Positions 49,301-62,447 of a stretch of DNA of 64,000 nucleotides are shown here, in pieces. This stretch comes from Mobula hypostoma. Its lineage: Eukaryota. Below the pieces are notes generated by a model that did no database searches, was not told where the DNA came from, and was given only the letters and a program-made list of their open reading frames with translations. Within the stretch, counting starts at the first letter, position 1. Each line of letters opens with the position of its first letter. The stretch covers positions 115,818,001-115,882,000 of the forward strand of contig NC_086097.1 of assembly GCF_963921235.1 (NCBI RefSeq). Direction: 5' to 3'. Both the position numbers and the translations under genes were made by a program.

Positions 49301-49861
49301 GTAAAAAAAGTTACACGTAAGATCTTGTCTCTGAAAGCAGTTGATCCTAAGGAAGTGTTGATGGTAAGGAGTTGCAGACAGGGAGGATTAACCTTCCTAT
49401 TATGCTTCAGGTTGGTGTCAATTGCAGCAGGCAATTGTGAATAACGTTAGGGCATATTATCAAATAAATCACCACTGTTGAATTTGTACTGTGCAAACGT
49501 TCATTCAATCAGTTAAACTTCAGTTCTCTTTAAGTATCACAGTTGTATAAAAATTCTAAAAATGCTTAATAGAAGGGATTGCTTCTCCTGAAGAAATCGA
49601 CATTGCCTGGACAGTGATCTCAATAACAAGAGATGGTCAAGTTTATTATAAAAGCTGAAGTTCAAGTTGAAGTTTAGAGTCATAGGCATATATAACATGC
49701 CAAGAAAGTGAACTTTATGAGGCAGCAGTTCAGTACATTGCAAATATGAATGCATATGTTAATGTAAACTTAAATTAATATAAATTTGACATAAAATACC
49801 TGAAATAAGCTACAATGAACATAAAGACAGTGTTAGCTCGAAAAGAGAAAATAGAAATATG

Positions 49862-50333
49862 CTCTCAGTGGCCACTTTATTGGATACATCAGTGCACCTG
49901 CTCGATAATGCAGATATCTATTCAGCCAGTCATGTGGCAGCAACTCAATGCATAAAATTATCGAACAGGCAAGAGTTTCAGTTACTGTTCAGACCAAACA
50001 TTAGAACAGGGAAGAAATATGAACTAAGTGGCTTTGACAGTAGAATGATTGTTGGTTCCAGAAGGGGTAGTTTGAGTATCTCAGAAACTGCTGATCTCCT
50101 GAAATTCCCATGCACAACAGTCTCTACAGAGAACGGTGCGAGAAACAAAACAATCTCCAGTGAACAGCATTTATGTGGGCGAAAACATGGTGAGCAGAAA
50201 GGCACCTCTGAATGTAGAGCACGTCGACCCTTGAAGTGGATGGGCTACAGCAGCAAAAGACCACACTGGGTTCCACTCATGTGGACAATTTAGTAGTTAC
50301 ACTCCTGTACCTTCTTAAAGTGGCCACTGAGTC
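49862..50333 (+). mobile_element. Non-autonomous Tc1-like element
   Basis: TIRs ctcagtggccacttta / taaagtggccactgag; HTH remnant LSGFDSRMIVGSRRGSLSISETADLL. Confidence 0.85.
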
Positions 50334-51751
50334 TACTGAGTCTGGTCTGTGGTAGTGTCAGGGTTTTTCAGGACAGTTCAAGAAACTGATGGAGTGTGGA
50401 AGAAGATGTTCTGGAACACTGAGATGTTGGGCATATCCGCTAATGATGAACCTTGCCTTCCTGAGACATCATTTCTTGTAGATGTCCTCGACAGCAGGGA
50501 GAGCTATCCCCATGATGGAACCACAGCAGTAAGGGATAATACTTATGATCAATATTCAATCATTTTGGCATTGTAGCCCCTGAAGGATATCAGACAGATC
50601 TCATTGCTTTAGAATGAAGAAGCCATACAAGTACTCTGCATGACTTAACATGAAACATTTCCATTTGTATCTGAACATTAAGGAAAAAGGTCCTTGTTCT
50701 TCAGGATGAGCTCTGTGTTGTGATGGTCTGCCTAAAGACATTGCATAGTGCAGTCTATCATGATCCAAACACAAGGAAACATAGTAATTCTAGCAACTCC
50801 ATATGTCTCCACATGTTTCAGGTTTAAGAGCTGCAACAGGAAATGGTCTTGAAGGTAGGAAGTTGGGTGCAACAATGGCATTGAACCGAATAGCAGGTAA
50901 TCCAGGCACAGGTGTGAGACCAGAGTTTACAGAAAGTCAAAACGTCAGAGAGTTATGGAACATTACAGCACTAAAACAGGCCCTTTGGCCCATCTAGCTG
51001 AACTGTTATTCTGCCTAGTCCCATTGACCCGCACCTGGATTATAGCCCTCCATAGCTCCAAGATTTCATTGCTGACTGCCTTTGAATATCTTAACGCCCA
51101 GTGATCTTAATCTTCATAAAGCTTGGTATGGGAGCAAGGATCCTTGAACAGCATGGGAAATAAGGTCTATAGTATTGAATCCTTTAAATGCCTTCTGTGT
51201 TGAAGACTCTGCCCACTCTTGCAGCTAGTCCAAAACTTGTACTCCAATTCCAGTCAAAAGAGGGGCACACTATGAAAGTGAACATGACTATTTTTCAACT
51301 TGTGCTTCTTGATGTATGCACAGGTGATGCAGCTTCCTGTGACAGAATATTGTCATATGAGTACAAACTCCCTTAGCCATAGGCTTCACCTGTGATGCAT
51401 AAGTACCCAACTAAACATAGAGTTTTCTCTTACATATTGCAGTTTATGCTGCGGTTTGTTCTTCAACTACTGCCTGAAATTTCTACAATGTCTTTGAAGA
51501 ATAAGTCCAATTGTTCAAGGTAAAAAAAAACTAATTGCCTTTCAAATTCTGTCATATCCACCATATTGTCTGATTTTCACTGTCTATGTAGCCTTTACAA
51601 TCTTACCTTATGGTCTATTTTCACATGCTACTTTCTTCTTTATGATCTTGACTTTGACTTACCAGTTTTATTCTTAACTACATCGTCTTTTACCCTGTTC
51701 CATCTTCATTGCCAGGGCAATGAATTTGGGTTTCCCTGTATTGTATTGTAG

Positions 51752-52392
51752 AATGCTAAGAAGGCATATGGTTTGTTAGCCCTTTGTTAGTTGGGGGACT
51801 GAGTTCAAGCACTGAGGTAAGGTTGCAGCTCTATAAAAACCTAGTTAGAGCACACTTGGACTATTGTGTTCAGTTCTGGTTACTTCATTACAGGAAGGAT
51901 ATGGAAGCATTAGAGAGGGTGCAGAGATGATTTACCAGGATGCTGCCTTGATTAAAGTGAATGCCTTATGATGATCATTTGAGAGAGCTAGAACTTTTCT
52001 CTTTGGAAGATGAGATGTTACTTGATAGAGGTGTACCAGATGATAAGAGGCATAGATTGAGCATGTAGAATGATACTTTTTACCAGGGCAGAAATTGCTA
52101 AAATAAAGGGACATAATTGTAAGGTAATTGGAAGGAAGTATAGGGGAATGTCAGCATTACGATTTTTACACAGAGAGGGTCGGGTGCATGGAATGCTGTG
52201 CTAGGGCTCGTGGTAGAGGTAGATACACTATGAGTATTTAAGAGACTCTTAGGGAGGCACATGTAGGATAGAAAGTTGGAGGGCTATTTAGGAGGGAACC
52301 ATTAGATTGATCTTAGAGTAGTTTAAAAGGTTGGCACAGAGTCATGGGCTGAAGGGCCTGTACTGTGATGTAATGTTCTATTTTCTGTGTTC
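51752..52392 (+). mobile_element. Degenerate CR1 3' fragment
   Basis: LQLYKNLVRAHLDYCVQFW-coding sequence through the UTR. Confidence 0.82.
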
Positions 52393-53077
52393 TGTATTAC
52401 ATACCTCAGTAATATGGTGATCTCTGTAATCACAGTTCATTATGAAGCAGATGCTCAAATGAAATGAAGTATGATACATATAATATTTTATTAATCAAAA
52501 ATGAAGTTGTTTCTTAAAGCAGTGGACATCTTGGCAATCATAAAATAAAAGTTGCATATAACAACAAGTGTAAATGAGTACACATCATTATGTTTATAAG
52601 AGGAAAGGACTCAGACTGGTTCATCTATTAATGATAAAATTCTAAAATCCATCATCAAAGACATAATATTTGGGTAATTGGAAAGTCATAAAATTTTATG
52701 GCAGAGTCTTCATGGTATTATAAAAGGGACATTCTTTGTGAGAAGCCTAATAGAATATTAAGAGTATTTAACTAGATTAGAGGGGAACAGTACACACAGT
52801 CTTTCAGTATTTTCAAATGGCATATGATAAAGTACCAAGTTGTCACATAAGATAATGGTTCCAGGCATTGTGGGTATTACATTAGCAGAGCATTGGTTAA
52901 AGGGCAGGAGACAGGTGTTAAAATTACTGGACAATTTTTGTTTCTGAAATGCCACAAGCTTCAGTGGTTGATAGTCAGGTATTCACAAATCTATATTAAT
53001 GTCAGTGCAATGCATCTAAGTATTCTTGCAATACAGTATTAGCTAAAGGTACTAATGGAAATTCCCAATTGCAATCA

Positions 53078-53482
53078 AGATTGATCTAACCCTTTTCTCC
53101 CACATAGCCTTCCATTTTTGTATCACCCATGTGTCTATCAACTTAAGTTGTAGGCATTATCATTTAAGTGTCCCTTATGTATCTGCCTCTACCATTGCGA
53201 CTGGCAGCGCACTCCACACACCTACCACCCTATGTAAAAAAATGTATCATTGACATCCCTTCCAGTCATGTTAAAATTATGTTCCCTCATGTTAGTCATT
53301 TCTGACCTGGAAAAGATTTTTGGCTGTCCACTTGATCTATGCCTCTTATCATCCTGCACACCTTTCTCAAGTCATCGCTCATCTTCTTTCCCTCCAAAGA
53401 GAAGACGAGCTCTTTTCCTTTTTTGAGGAGCAAAGAGCTCGCTCAACCTTTAAGAAATCCTCTCTAATTCAGGCAGCATCCA
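53078..53482 (-). mobile_element. Degenerate CR1 3' fragment
   Basis: Reverse complement of the 36600-37300-type sequence (ggctgtccacttgatctatgcctcttatcatc). Confidence 0.7.
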
Positions 53483-54381
53483 TACCTTAATAAACTGACC
53501 CAAAGAGTGCTGTCATTTCCCAAAGTGTAACATCAAACACTGTTTTTCAGTTTTACTCTTAACTTACATATTGTTAGGAAATTAGCTTAGATTTCACACA
53601 AGTAATAATGAAACTTGGTATTTGTCATCTGGATGAACTTTGAGATCATTACATATGCATAGCCTAGTGTGAGAAACACACTCAACACACTTTCACCAAT
53701 TGTAGTCTTTGCAGCTCTCTTCCAAACCAATTGAGAGAAACCCCTTCAACTAATGCAAAGTCCAGGTGTTCACAAAATAGCCCAGTTTCAAGTGCTACAT
53801 GAGGCCTAACTGAGCTTTTATTGCATACCTAACTACAATTATTGTTCACTAAAGCAGTGGCCTTAAGATTCTAATTTTTGGTGAGTAAGTTATAATTCCT
53901 TCCGCTGAAGATTTGAAAATAAAAATAATTTTTTAAAGATTTTTCAACAAGTTGAGGCATGATAATGCAGGTTCTGTTTTTGGTCATGCTTATACTCCTG
54001 TCTTTATTTGGCACCCTGTATAATGTCCTGAAAGTTAATTAAAATATTTCATGTTGTATCCAGGTATTTGTGAGAGTCATTTAATGCAGCAGGCAGCTTC
54101 ATCACATAACGATTCACCTTGTACTTGTTCTGATTGAGCAATGACTGCCAGTGAGCTCCCCTGTCCATGAGCAGGAGGCAGTCATAGCTGGATCAAGCCT
54201 CTGCCCTTTGCTGTATACAGCTCCACCTCTGTACTCTGCTGTGAAAATGACCACCTGCTGTGACATTGATTTATGACATGGCAGCATAATGCTCCCTGTT
54301 TCTGCCACCTAATGTCCTCCAGCTACAGCCCGAGAGTGAACTTATTCAATCAGCATCACAAATAGCACAGCTGAAGAAATG

Positions 54382-55212
54382 CACTCAGCGGCCATTTCAT
54401 TAGGTACACCTGTACACCTGCTCGTGAAGGTAAATATCTAGTCAGCCAATCGTGTGACAGCAACACAATGCATTAAAGCATGCAGGCATGGTCAAGAGGT
54501 TCAGTTGCTGTTGAGACCAAACATCGAATGGAGAAGAAATCTGATATTCCTTTTGCTCTTGCCCTTGATCTATCCCACCCACCTGGCTTCACCTGTCACC
54601 TCCAGTTAGCCTCTCTCCCTTTCCCTATCCTTATATTCTGGCATCTTCACCCTTCCTTCTCAGGCCTGAAGAAGGGTCTTGGCCCAAAACCTCGACTGCT
54701 TATTCATTTCCATAGTTGCTGCCTGATCTGCAGAGTTCCTCCAGCATTTTTGTGTAGTTTAGTTTGGATTTCTAGTGTCTGCAGACTTTCTCATGTATGA
54801 GCTGCAGATGATTTTGACCATGGAATGACAGCTGGGGCCAGGTGGGGTGATTTGAGTACCTGAGAAACTGCTGACCTTCTGTGATTTCCATCCACAACAG
54901 TGTCTAGAGTTTACATAGAATGGTGCAAAAAAAACAAACAAGAATCCAGTGAGCAGCAGTCCTGTTGGAGAAAAAATGCCTTATTAATGAGAGAATTCAG
55001 AGGAGAATGGCCAGGCTAAATTAAGCTGATAGGAAGATGACAGAAACTCGAATAACCACACGCTACAACAGTGGTTTGCAGAGGAGCATCTCTGAATGAA
55101 CAAAACATCAAACCTTGAAATAGATGAGCTACAGCAGCCAAAGAGCATAAATATACACTCATTGTCCACTTTATTAGATGCCAGAGGTGCCTAATAAAGT
55201 AGCCATTGACTG
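54382..55212 (+). mobile_element. Second Tc1-like copy with PLE fragment inserted (about 54550-54797)
   Basis: Collinear with 49862-50333; TIRs cactcagcggccatttcattagg / cctaataaagtagccattgactg. Confidence 0.83.
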
Positions 55213-57099
55213 CACTAAAAATTCAAATTTTGTTCAATTCATTGATGTCTATATCACTCCTACCCTTTGTTAGCAGGTTTCCATTCACTGACTCCCTAGT
55301 CCACTGACAGATTTTCTTTCCCATACATAACTTCCAAAAAAAAAGCCCTCAACTGTCTCAGAGGTCTAGAAACATCTCCTAAAACTTAGATCGGGGAATT
55401 GGGTGGGTGGGGTATGAGGGTTGAAGTAAAGTAGTGGACCAGCATAGAAATAACTGTCTTCAGATGAGTTTCTTTCTGTGCCAACTTTCAGTCCAGGGAT
55501 ACCAGGGATGGGAATGGGAGAGGATATTCTATAATGTTTGCCTGGAGTGAATGGGGAGCTGGAGTGGATGGGAGGAAGGGGAGGGAATTTAAAGTAGGGA
55601 GCGGGTATGAGAGGTTTTATGATAGAGGAGAGAGGTATGAGGTAGAAACTTTCAATTTTCAGAGAAGGAACTGCTTTTGACTCACTGGGATAGTGTGAAT
55701 TTTTTGTGAATCTGATCAGTACAGGAATGTTCCCAGAAAGTGGAAGAGGCAGGGGATACGTGATAAGTTGGTGCCTTGAGTTTGTCTGGGTGTCTTTTAA
55801 TGGGCTGTCTCAAAATTAACTTGGTATGGGACATGTCCAATGCTGGTGCACAGCCTGGACAGACAAAGAGCTGTATGGGAAATCTGGCGTGGCCAGGGGT
55901 AGAATGGTGCCATGTACAGGGCCGTCCAACCCTGTGTCCTGAAGACAGAATATCAAGAAAGAAGTTCTCATGGCAGAGATCACTTAATTGTTGTAAGTAA
56001 AACCATTGCTTTATTGCTTTCTATAACTTCAGCATTTGAGGGTTCTTGCTGACTCAAGGAAGATATTTTTTTCACGGAATGAGAGAAATTATTAATGACG
56101 CTGCCTAGGTGGTGCCCTAATGAAGTGGAATATCCTTCTGTTACAGCAGCTGGCTTATACTCAACAGAAAGAAAGTAAAAATGTTGTGCTGAGTTTTAAT
56201 CAGCTCTGTCAGGCAATGAGATCCAGAGCAGCACACACAAGCTGCTTGAGGAACTCAGCAGGTCAAGCAGCATCTATGCAAATGAACAGTCAGTGTTTCA
56301 GGCTGAGGCCCAACTTCAGGACTGGAAGGAAAGGGAGAAGATAGCAGATTAAAAAGGTGGAGCGAGGGGAAGAATGATAGCTAGAATTTTTTTAGATGAC
56401 GTCAGGTGGGTGGGAAAGGCTAAAGTGCTGGAGATGAAGGAATTTGATAGGAGAGGAGAGTGGACCAGAGGAGAAAGATAAGGAGAAGGCGCACCTGGGA
56501 GAGGTAATAGGCAGGTGAGAAGAGTTAAGTGGCCAGAGTGGAGAACAGAAGAGTAGGGAAGGGGGAGGAGTTTTTTTATTGGAAGGAGAAATTGATATTC
56601 AAGCCATCAAGTTGGAGGCTACCCAGACGGAACATAAGCTATTGCTCCTCCACTCTGAGGGTGACCTCATCATAGCTAAGAGGAGGCCTTGGACCGACAG
56701 GTTAGAATGGAAATGGCAATCAAAATCAAAACGTTAGGCCACAGGGAAGTTCCACTTTAGGCAAATGGAGTTGATGTGTTTGACTAAGCAATCTCCCAAT
56801 TTATGACAAGCCTCACAAATGCAGAGGAGCATGAATCAGGGGCGCTGGACACAATAGATGACCTCAGGAGATTCGACGGAGAAGTGTTGGAAGGACTGCT
56901 TAGGGTCCTGAATGGAGATGAGGGAGTAGGTGAATGGCTGTGTGCAGGGATAAGTACTGGGAGGGAAATTAATGGGGAGGGATGAATAGACAAGGCAATC
57001 ACAGATGGAGCGATCCCTACAGAAAGCAGAGGTGGAGGGGATCACTTTGGAGATGGTGGAAGTTGTGGAAAATTATGTGTTGGATATGAAGGCTCATAG

Positions 57100-58440
57100 T
57101 GTCATGGTCCGGATAGGGGTCCCTTTAAATTTACCTTGTTTATGTTACGATCCGGACCGTTGATTCCCTGTTTTCCTGTGTCCCTCAGCTTTGGTGATTA
57201 GAGGCAATTAACCTCGGCTGAACCGGTAGTTTATAGTCTCCGGCTTTCAGCCCTTGGGCGCGGGAGTGTCTGCAAAGTCATCTAAGGTACGGTGTGCCGA
57301 TGTCATCTGGCCAGAGCAAGACTAGTCTCTGCCAAAGCGTGTGCCGGTAATTCGCCTTTCCACACCGGAGCAACCCTGTCCAGTTACCTCGCCAAAGCGA
57401 GCCTGCAAAGTTTCCCCACCGAGGTGGGTCCATCAGTTAACCCGCCGGAGGGAATCAAGAACTGCTGTCCACTGTTCCCGGGCTGAGTCAAGAGCTTGCC
57501 ACTACCCGGAGGCTCCAAGTGAAGTCCTGGCTCTGGGTGCATTCAAGTACTAAGTCAAGTCCTGGCCCTGGTGGCATTCAAATACCAAGACAAGTCCTGG
57601 CCCTGGCGGCATTCAAGTACCAAGTCACGTCCTGGCCCTGGTGGCATTCAAGTACCAATTCAAGTCCTGGTCCTGGCATCTTCCCAGTTCCGAGTCAAGT
57701 CCTGGCCCTGGTGGACTGTGATTCCTGTCCTATACCCCTGTCTGCATCCCTTCTCTGCCCCTCTTGCCTCTAGCCCTCGTCTGCAGCCCTCGCCTGCACC
57801 TTGGTCTAGTTCTATTGCCTGAGCTAGATAGGTACTGTCTGGTGTGCTTTTGTGTTGGTCTTGTCCTGTCCTTGCCTCTGTGGGGTAAGTCAGGCCATCT
57901 TGCCGTTGCCACGTAGGGGATCATGTCTTGTCCTGTCTTGTCCTCACCTCCGTGGGGTAAGTCAGGCCGTCTTGCCATTGCCCCGCGGGGTGTCATGAGT
58001 CCCGGCCCTATGTCCTGTACCCAAGGAGGGGTCCGGACTCCGTGTTCTGTGTATGCATCCATGGTTCCATGTACCTGCTCTCCCAAGACTGACGCTCTGA
58101 TTTCAATGTTCCTCCTTTCCCTAGCCCACGTCATGTCCACCCCTGGTTCTGGGGTTCAAGCCCGAGGCAAGACCCAGGTACTGTGTCTTTGCCCAGTCTC
58201 GGGCTCGGAGTCCATACCCTTGCCTCTTCATGTCTCCTCTTGTTCTGGGAGTCGATTCCGAGTCCAAGCCCAGACCCTTGGTCCCAGCCTAGTCGTAGTC
58301 CTGAGTCCTTGTCCAGTTTGCTATTCCTGCTCCTGCCTTGCTCTCCTGGTATCGAACAATAAACTACATCTAAGTAACCTCACAATATGTGTCTTGCATT
58401 TGGGTCCACCCTTGCTCCCAATTCCTTCACCATTGTGACA
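57100..58440 (+). mobile_element. Solo LTR (1341 bp)
   Basis: TGTCA...TGACA termini, TSD catag/tatag, AATAAA at 58358-58363, internal tandem repeats. Confidence 0.85.
57521..57714. repeat. 35-bp minisatellite, about 5.5 copies
   Basis: caagtcctggccctggtggcattcaagtaccaagt at 57521, 57556, 57591, 57626, 57661 and 57696. Confidence 0.93.
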
Positions 58441-58504
58441 TATAGTGTGGAAGGTAAGGACAAGAGGAACTCTGTCATCATTAAAATGGTGGCATTTGCA
58501 TTTG

Positions 58505-60516
58505 CATTTGCATGGTGTTCTGCGTAGGTACGTTCCACTGAAGCAGGAAAAGGATGGTTGGGTAAAAGAACCATGGTGTACAAAGGACGTGGAAAAGCTA
58601 ATTAAGAAGAAGAGAAAATCTTATGAAAAGTTCCAGAAACTGGGTACCGATAGATTTCTAGAAAGTTACAGGATTGCCAGGAAGGAGCTGATGAATGAAA
58701 TTAGCAGAGCTAGAAGGGGCCATGAGAAAGACTCAGCAAGCAGGATTAAGGAAAACCCCAAGGTATCGTACAAGTATGTGAAGAACAAGAGGATGAACCG
58801 TGTGAGAACAGGACCAATCAGGTGTTATAGTGGAAACGTGTGCATGGAGTCGGAGGAGGTAGCGGAGGTACTCAATGAATACTTTGCTTCAGTATTCACC
58901 AGAAAAAAGAACCTTGGCAATTGTGGGGATGACTTATAGCAGGCTGAAATGCTTGAGCATATAGACAATAAGAAAGAGGATGTACTGGAGCTTTTGAAAA
59001 ACATTACGTTAGGTACATTGCCGGGACCGGATGAGGTGTACCCCAGGCTAGAGTGGGAAGTGAAGGAGATTGCTGAGCTTCTGGTGATGATCTTTGAATC
59101 ATCAATAGGAATGGGAGAAGTACCAGAGGATTGGAGGGTTGCAAATGTTGTTCCCTTGTTCAAGAAAGGAAGAAGAGATAACCCAGGAAATACTACTGAG
59201 TCATTGGAGAAGATCCTGAGGGGCAGGATTATGGACATTTGGAGAGACATAATCTGATTAGAGATAGTCAGCATGGCTTTTTTAAGAGCAGGTTATGCCT
59301 TACAAGCCTGACTGAATTCTCTGAGAAAGCAAGAAAATGCATTGATGAAGGTAGAGCATTAGATGTAGTGTATATGAATTTCAGCAAGGCATTTGATAAG
59401 GTTCCCTATGCGAGGCTCATTCAGAAAGTAAAGAGACATGGGATCCAAGGGGACATTGCTTTGTGGATCCAGAACTGGCTTGCCCACAGAAGGCAAAGAG
59501 TGGTTGTAGACGAGTCATATTCTGCATGGAGGTCGGTCAACAGTGGTGTGCCTCAGGGATCTGTTCTGGGACCACTCCTCTTCAGGATTTTTGTAAATGA
59601 CCTGGATGAAGAAATAGAAGGGTAGGTTAGTAAGTTTGCTGATGACAAAAATTTTGGGGGTGCTGTGGATAGTGTAGAGGGTTGTCAGAGGTTACAGCGG
59701 AAAAACGATAGGGTACAGAACTGGGCTGAGAAGTGGCAGGAGCTCAACCTGGAAAAGTGAAAAGAGGTTCATTTTGGTAGGTCAAATTTGAAGACAGAAT
59801 ATAGTATTAATGGTAAGATTCTTGGCAGTGCGGAGGATCAGAGAGATCTTGGGGTCTGTGTCTATAGGACACTCAAAGTTGCTGTGCAGGTTGACAGTGT
59901 TGTTGAGAAGGCTTATGGTGTTGGCATTCATCAACCATGGGACTGAGTTCAAGAGCCGTGAGGAAATATTACAGCTATATAAGACCTTGGTTAGACCCCA
60001 CTTGGCATATTATGTTCAGTTCTGGTCACGTCATTACAGGAAGGATGTGGATACCATAGAATGAGTGCTGAGAAGGTTTACAAGGGTGTTGTCTGGATTG
60101 GAGAGCATGCCTTATGAGAATAGGTTGAGTGAACTTGGCTTTTTCTCCTTGGAGCGACTGAGGATGAGAGGTGACCTGATAGAGGTGTATAAAATGATGA
60201 GAGGCACTGATCATGTGGAAAGCCAGAGGCTTTTTCCCAGGGCTGAAATGGCCAACACGAGGGGGCATAGTTTTAAGGTGTTTTGAAACAGGTTCAGAAG
60301 GGATGTCAAGGGTAAGTTTTTCACACAGAGAGTGTTGGGTGCATGGACTATACTGCCAGCGACAGCGGTGGAGGCGTATACAATAGGGTCTCTTAAGAAC
60401 TCTTAGGTAGGTACATGGAGCTCAGAAAAATAGAGGGCTATGTGGTAGGGTAATTCTAGGGAGTTTCTAGCGTAGTTTCATGGTTGGCCTGTAATGAGCT
60501 GTATATTTTTATGTTC
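58505..60516 (+). mobile_element. Degenerate 5'-truncated CR1 ORF2
   Basis: [38 protein letters not shown] at about 59635, C-terminus; many stops and frameshifts. Confidence 0.93.
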
Positions 60517-62257
60517 TAAGATGGGGTAATCATGGACATCCAGGAAATGGAGGAGACGTGGGTGATTTTTTTAGAGGAGGAGGGTTGGGGACGGGAGAAG
60601 GGATCATTGGTATGAGGAGGGATGTGCTTGCCAAAGAATTGGGCTTGGAGACATAACCGATGGAAGTAATAAGACCCAAGTTTACATTCAGGCAGGCAAT
60701 ATCTGTGGAAAGGGAGAAGCAGATTTAATGCATAAGGTCTGTCCATTTATCGGAACTGATTTCCTATCTACGTTCCTGCATCTGCTGCTTGACCCATTGA
60801 GTATCTGCAGCATTTTCTGGCTTTATTCAGTTTTCTGGCAACTGCAAGTTTTTTGCTTTTCAATTATATTTTGTCAGCATGGACGTGTACCTTATTCAAA
60901 AGACGTTGTAACTCACCTTGAATCCATCGATGGACATTCTCCTGAAGTACCTCATTCAATAGAATCACAGAGTCATTTGGCATGGAAACAAACCCTTTGT
61001 CCTACTGAGTCCACACTGATGATTAAGCACCATCTACACAGCATCAATCCTCTATAATTTCATTTTCACTCCAGATTCCACTAAACCATTCCCAGATTCT
61101 GTAACTCATCAATTTACAGTGGCCAATTAACCTTCTAACTCATATATCATGGGATGCTGGAGGAAATCAGAGAAAGCAGAGGAATCCCATGCTGTCACAA
61201 GAAGTACTTGTAAACTTCACACAGAAAGAACTAGTAAACTTGACAGAGAAAGCATTGGAAGTGAGGATTGTTCCTCAATCCCTGGAGCTGTGAGGGTCTG
61301 CCTGTTGTGTCACTACACCACCCTCACATTAGGTCAGAGAAGCCTTGAAGTACAGAAGCCAGTTCGATGAGTTTTTATGATGTTGTTTGAAGAATTAATC
61401 ACATTCAGGTGAAAGGAAAATGGAATATCCAGTCTCGCGAATTTGAGGAATTGCAGAATTCCACCCAAAGATCTCAATGAGCAAGTAGCGGGAAACACCC
61501 ATCTCTGGAGAGCATTACCCAGCTAAATCCATCATGTGCAAAAAAAGCTGTCAGATCACCAGCATCCCTGAAAGGAGTGTACAGGTTGACTGATGCAGAG
61601 AGCAAAAATTGAAAATTGCAAGTAGCTGAAAAGGATGAAAGTATTCAGCAGGTAATGGAGAGAACATGCACAATGGATTTTCACTATAATTTGATCAATG
61701 ATTTTTCATCAGCTCTAATGCTGACTTCGTTTCCCTCTTCACCAATGCTGCCCTGACCTGCTGAGAATCTCCAGCATATTCTGCTTCTAATCAACAACTG
61801 GATTCCTGGTTGAAATTCTTCTCTTCCCCATCCCCCCCAAAAATGGGGCAGTGGTCATGGCCTTTCACAGCTGTGGATTTCCAAGGATCAAGTATTCTGA
61901 CTCAAGGATCAGTTTTATTTCCCATATACGTTTTCATATATTAGGGATTTGCTGTAGTGTGTTGGCACAGCATGCAATAGAAAAACAATGTGAGTTGCTT
62001 CGATTTCCAGCATCTGCAGATTTTCTCTTGTCTGTGATTGAACATTCAACAGTTATAAAAATTATATAAAAATAAACTTAAATGTTAAAGTACAGACATG
62101 GAATAAAATGTGCATAAATACATAAATACCAGCATGTATTTACAATGTAAACAGTATTATAACAACAGGAATTCTGCAGATGCTGGAAATTCAAGCAACA
62201 CACATAAAAGTTGCTGGTGAACGCAGCAGGCCAGGCAGCATCTCTAGGAAGAGGTGC

Positions 62258-62293
62258 AGTCGACGTTTCAGGCTGAGGCCCTTCGTCAGGACT
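62258..62293 (-). ncRNA. Minimal hammerhead ribozyme motif
   Basis: AGUC-CUGACGA-AGG(gccucag)CCU-GAAAC-GUC-GACU; differs from 4023-4058 only in loop II. Confidence 0.83.
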
Positions 62294-62411
62294 AACTGAA
62301 GGAAGATTGAGTAAGGGAGACTAACTGAAGGAAGAGTGAGTAAGGGAGACTAACTGAAGGAAGAGTGAGTAAGTGAGTGAGTCAAATTCCTTACTCACTC
62401 TTCCTTCAGTT

Positions 62412-62447
62412 AGTCCTGATGAAGTGTCTCGGCCTGAAACGTCGACT
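62412..62447 (+). ncRNA. Hammerhead ribozyme motif (stem II mismatch)
   Basis: agtc-ctgatga-agtgtctcggcct-gaaac-gtc-gact. Confidence 0.72.

Larger units (their letters stand above)
56230..58480 (-). mobile_element. Older Penelope-like element interrupted by a solo LTR
   Basis: SAFCRDRSICDCLV...EVIYCVQ homologous to 4353-5096; resumes after 58445 (tggaaggtaaggacaagaggaactct). Confidence 0.85.

Noticed and set aside
55395..55650. G/purine-rich strand-skewed tract
   Set aside because: Low complexity, probably a decayed repeat; no specific structure could be supported.
57521..57714. 35-bp repeats of CRISPR-like length
   Set aside because: Head-to-tail with no unique spacers, no cas genes, inside a eukaryotic LTR.
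57730..58438. 136-171 aa ORFs in the LTR
   Set aside because: Low-complexity products of repetitive LTR sequence with no domain motifs.
62290..62373. 29-bp repeats as a CRISPR array
   Set aside because: No spacers; the unit is a piece of the PLE pLTR.
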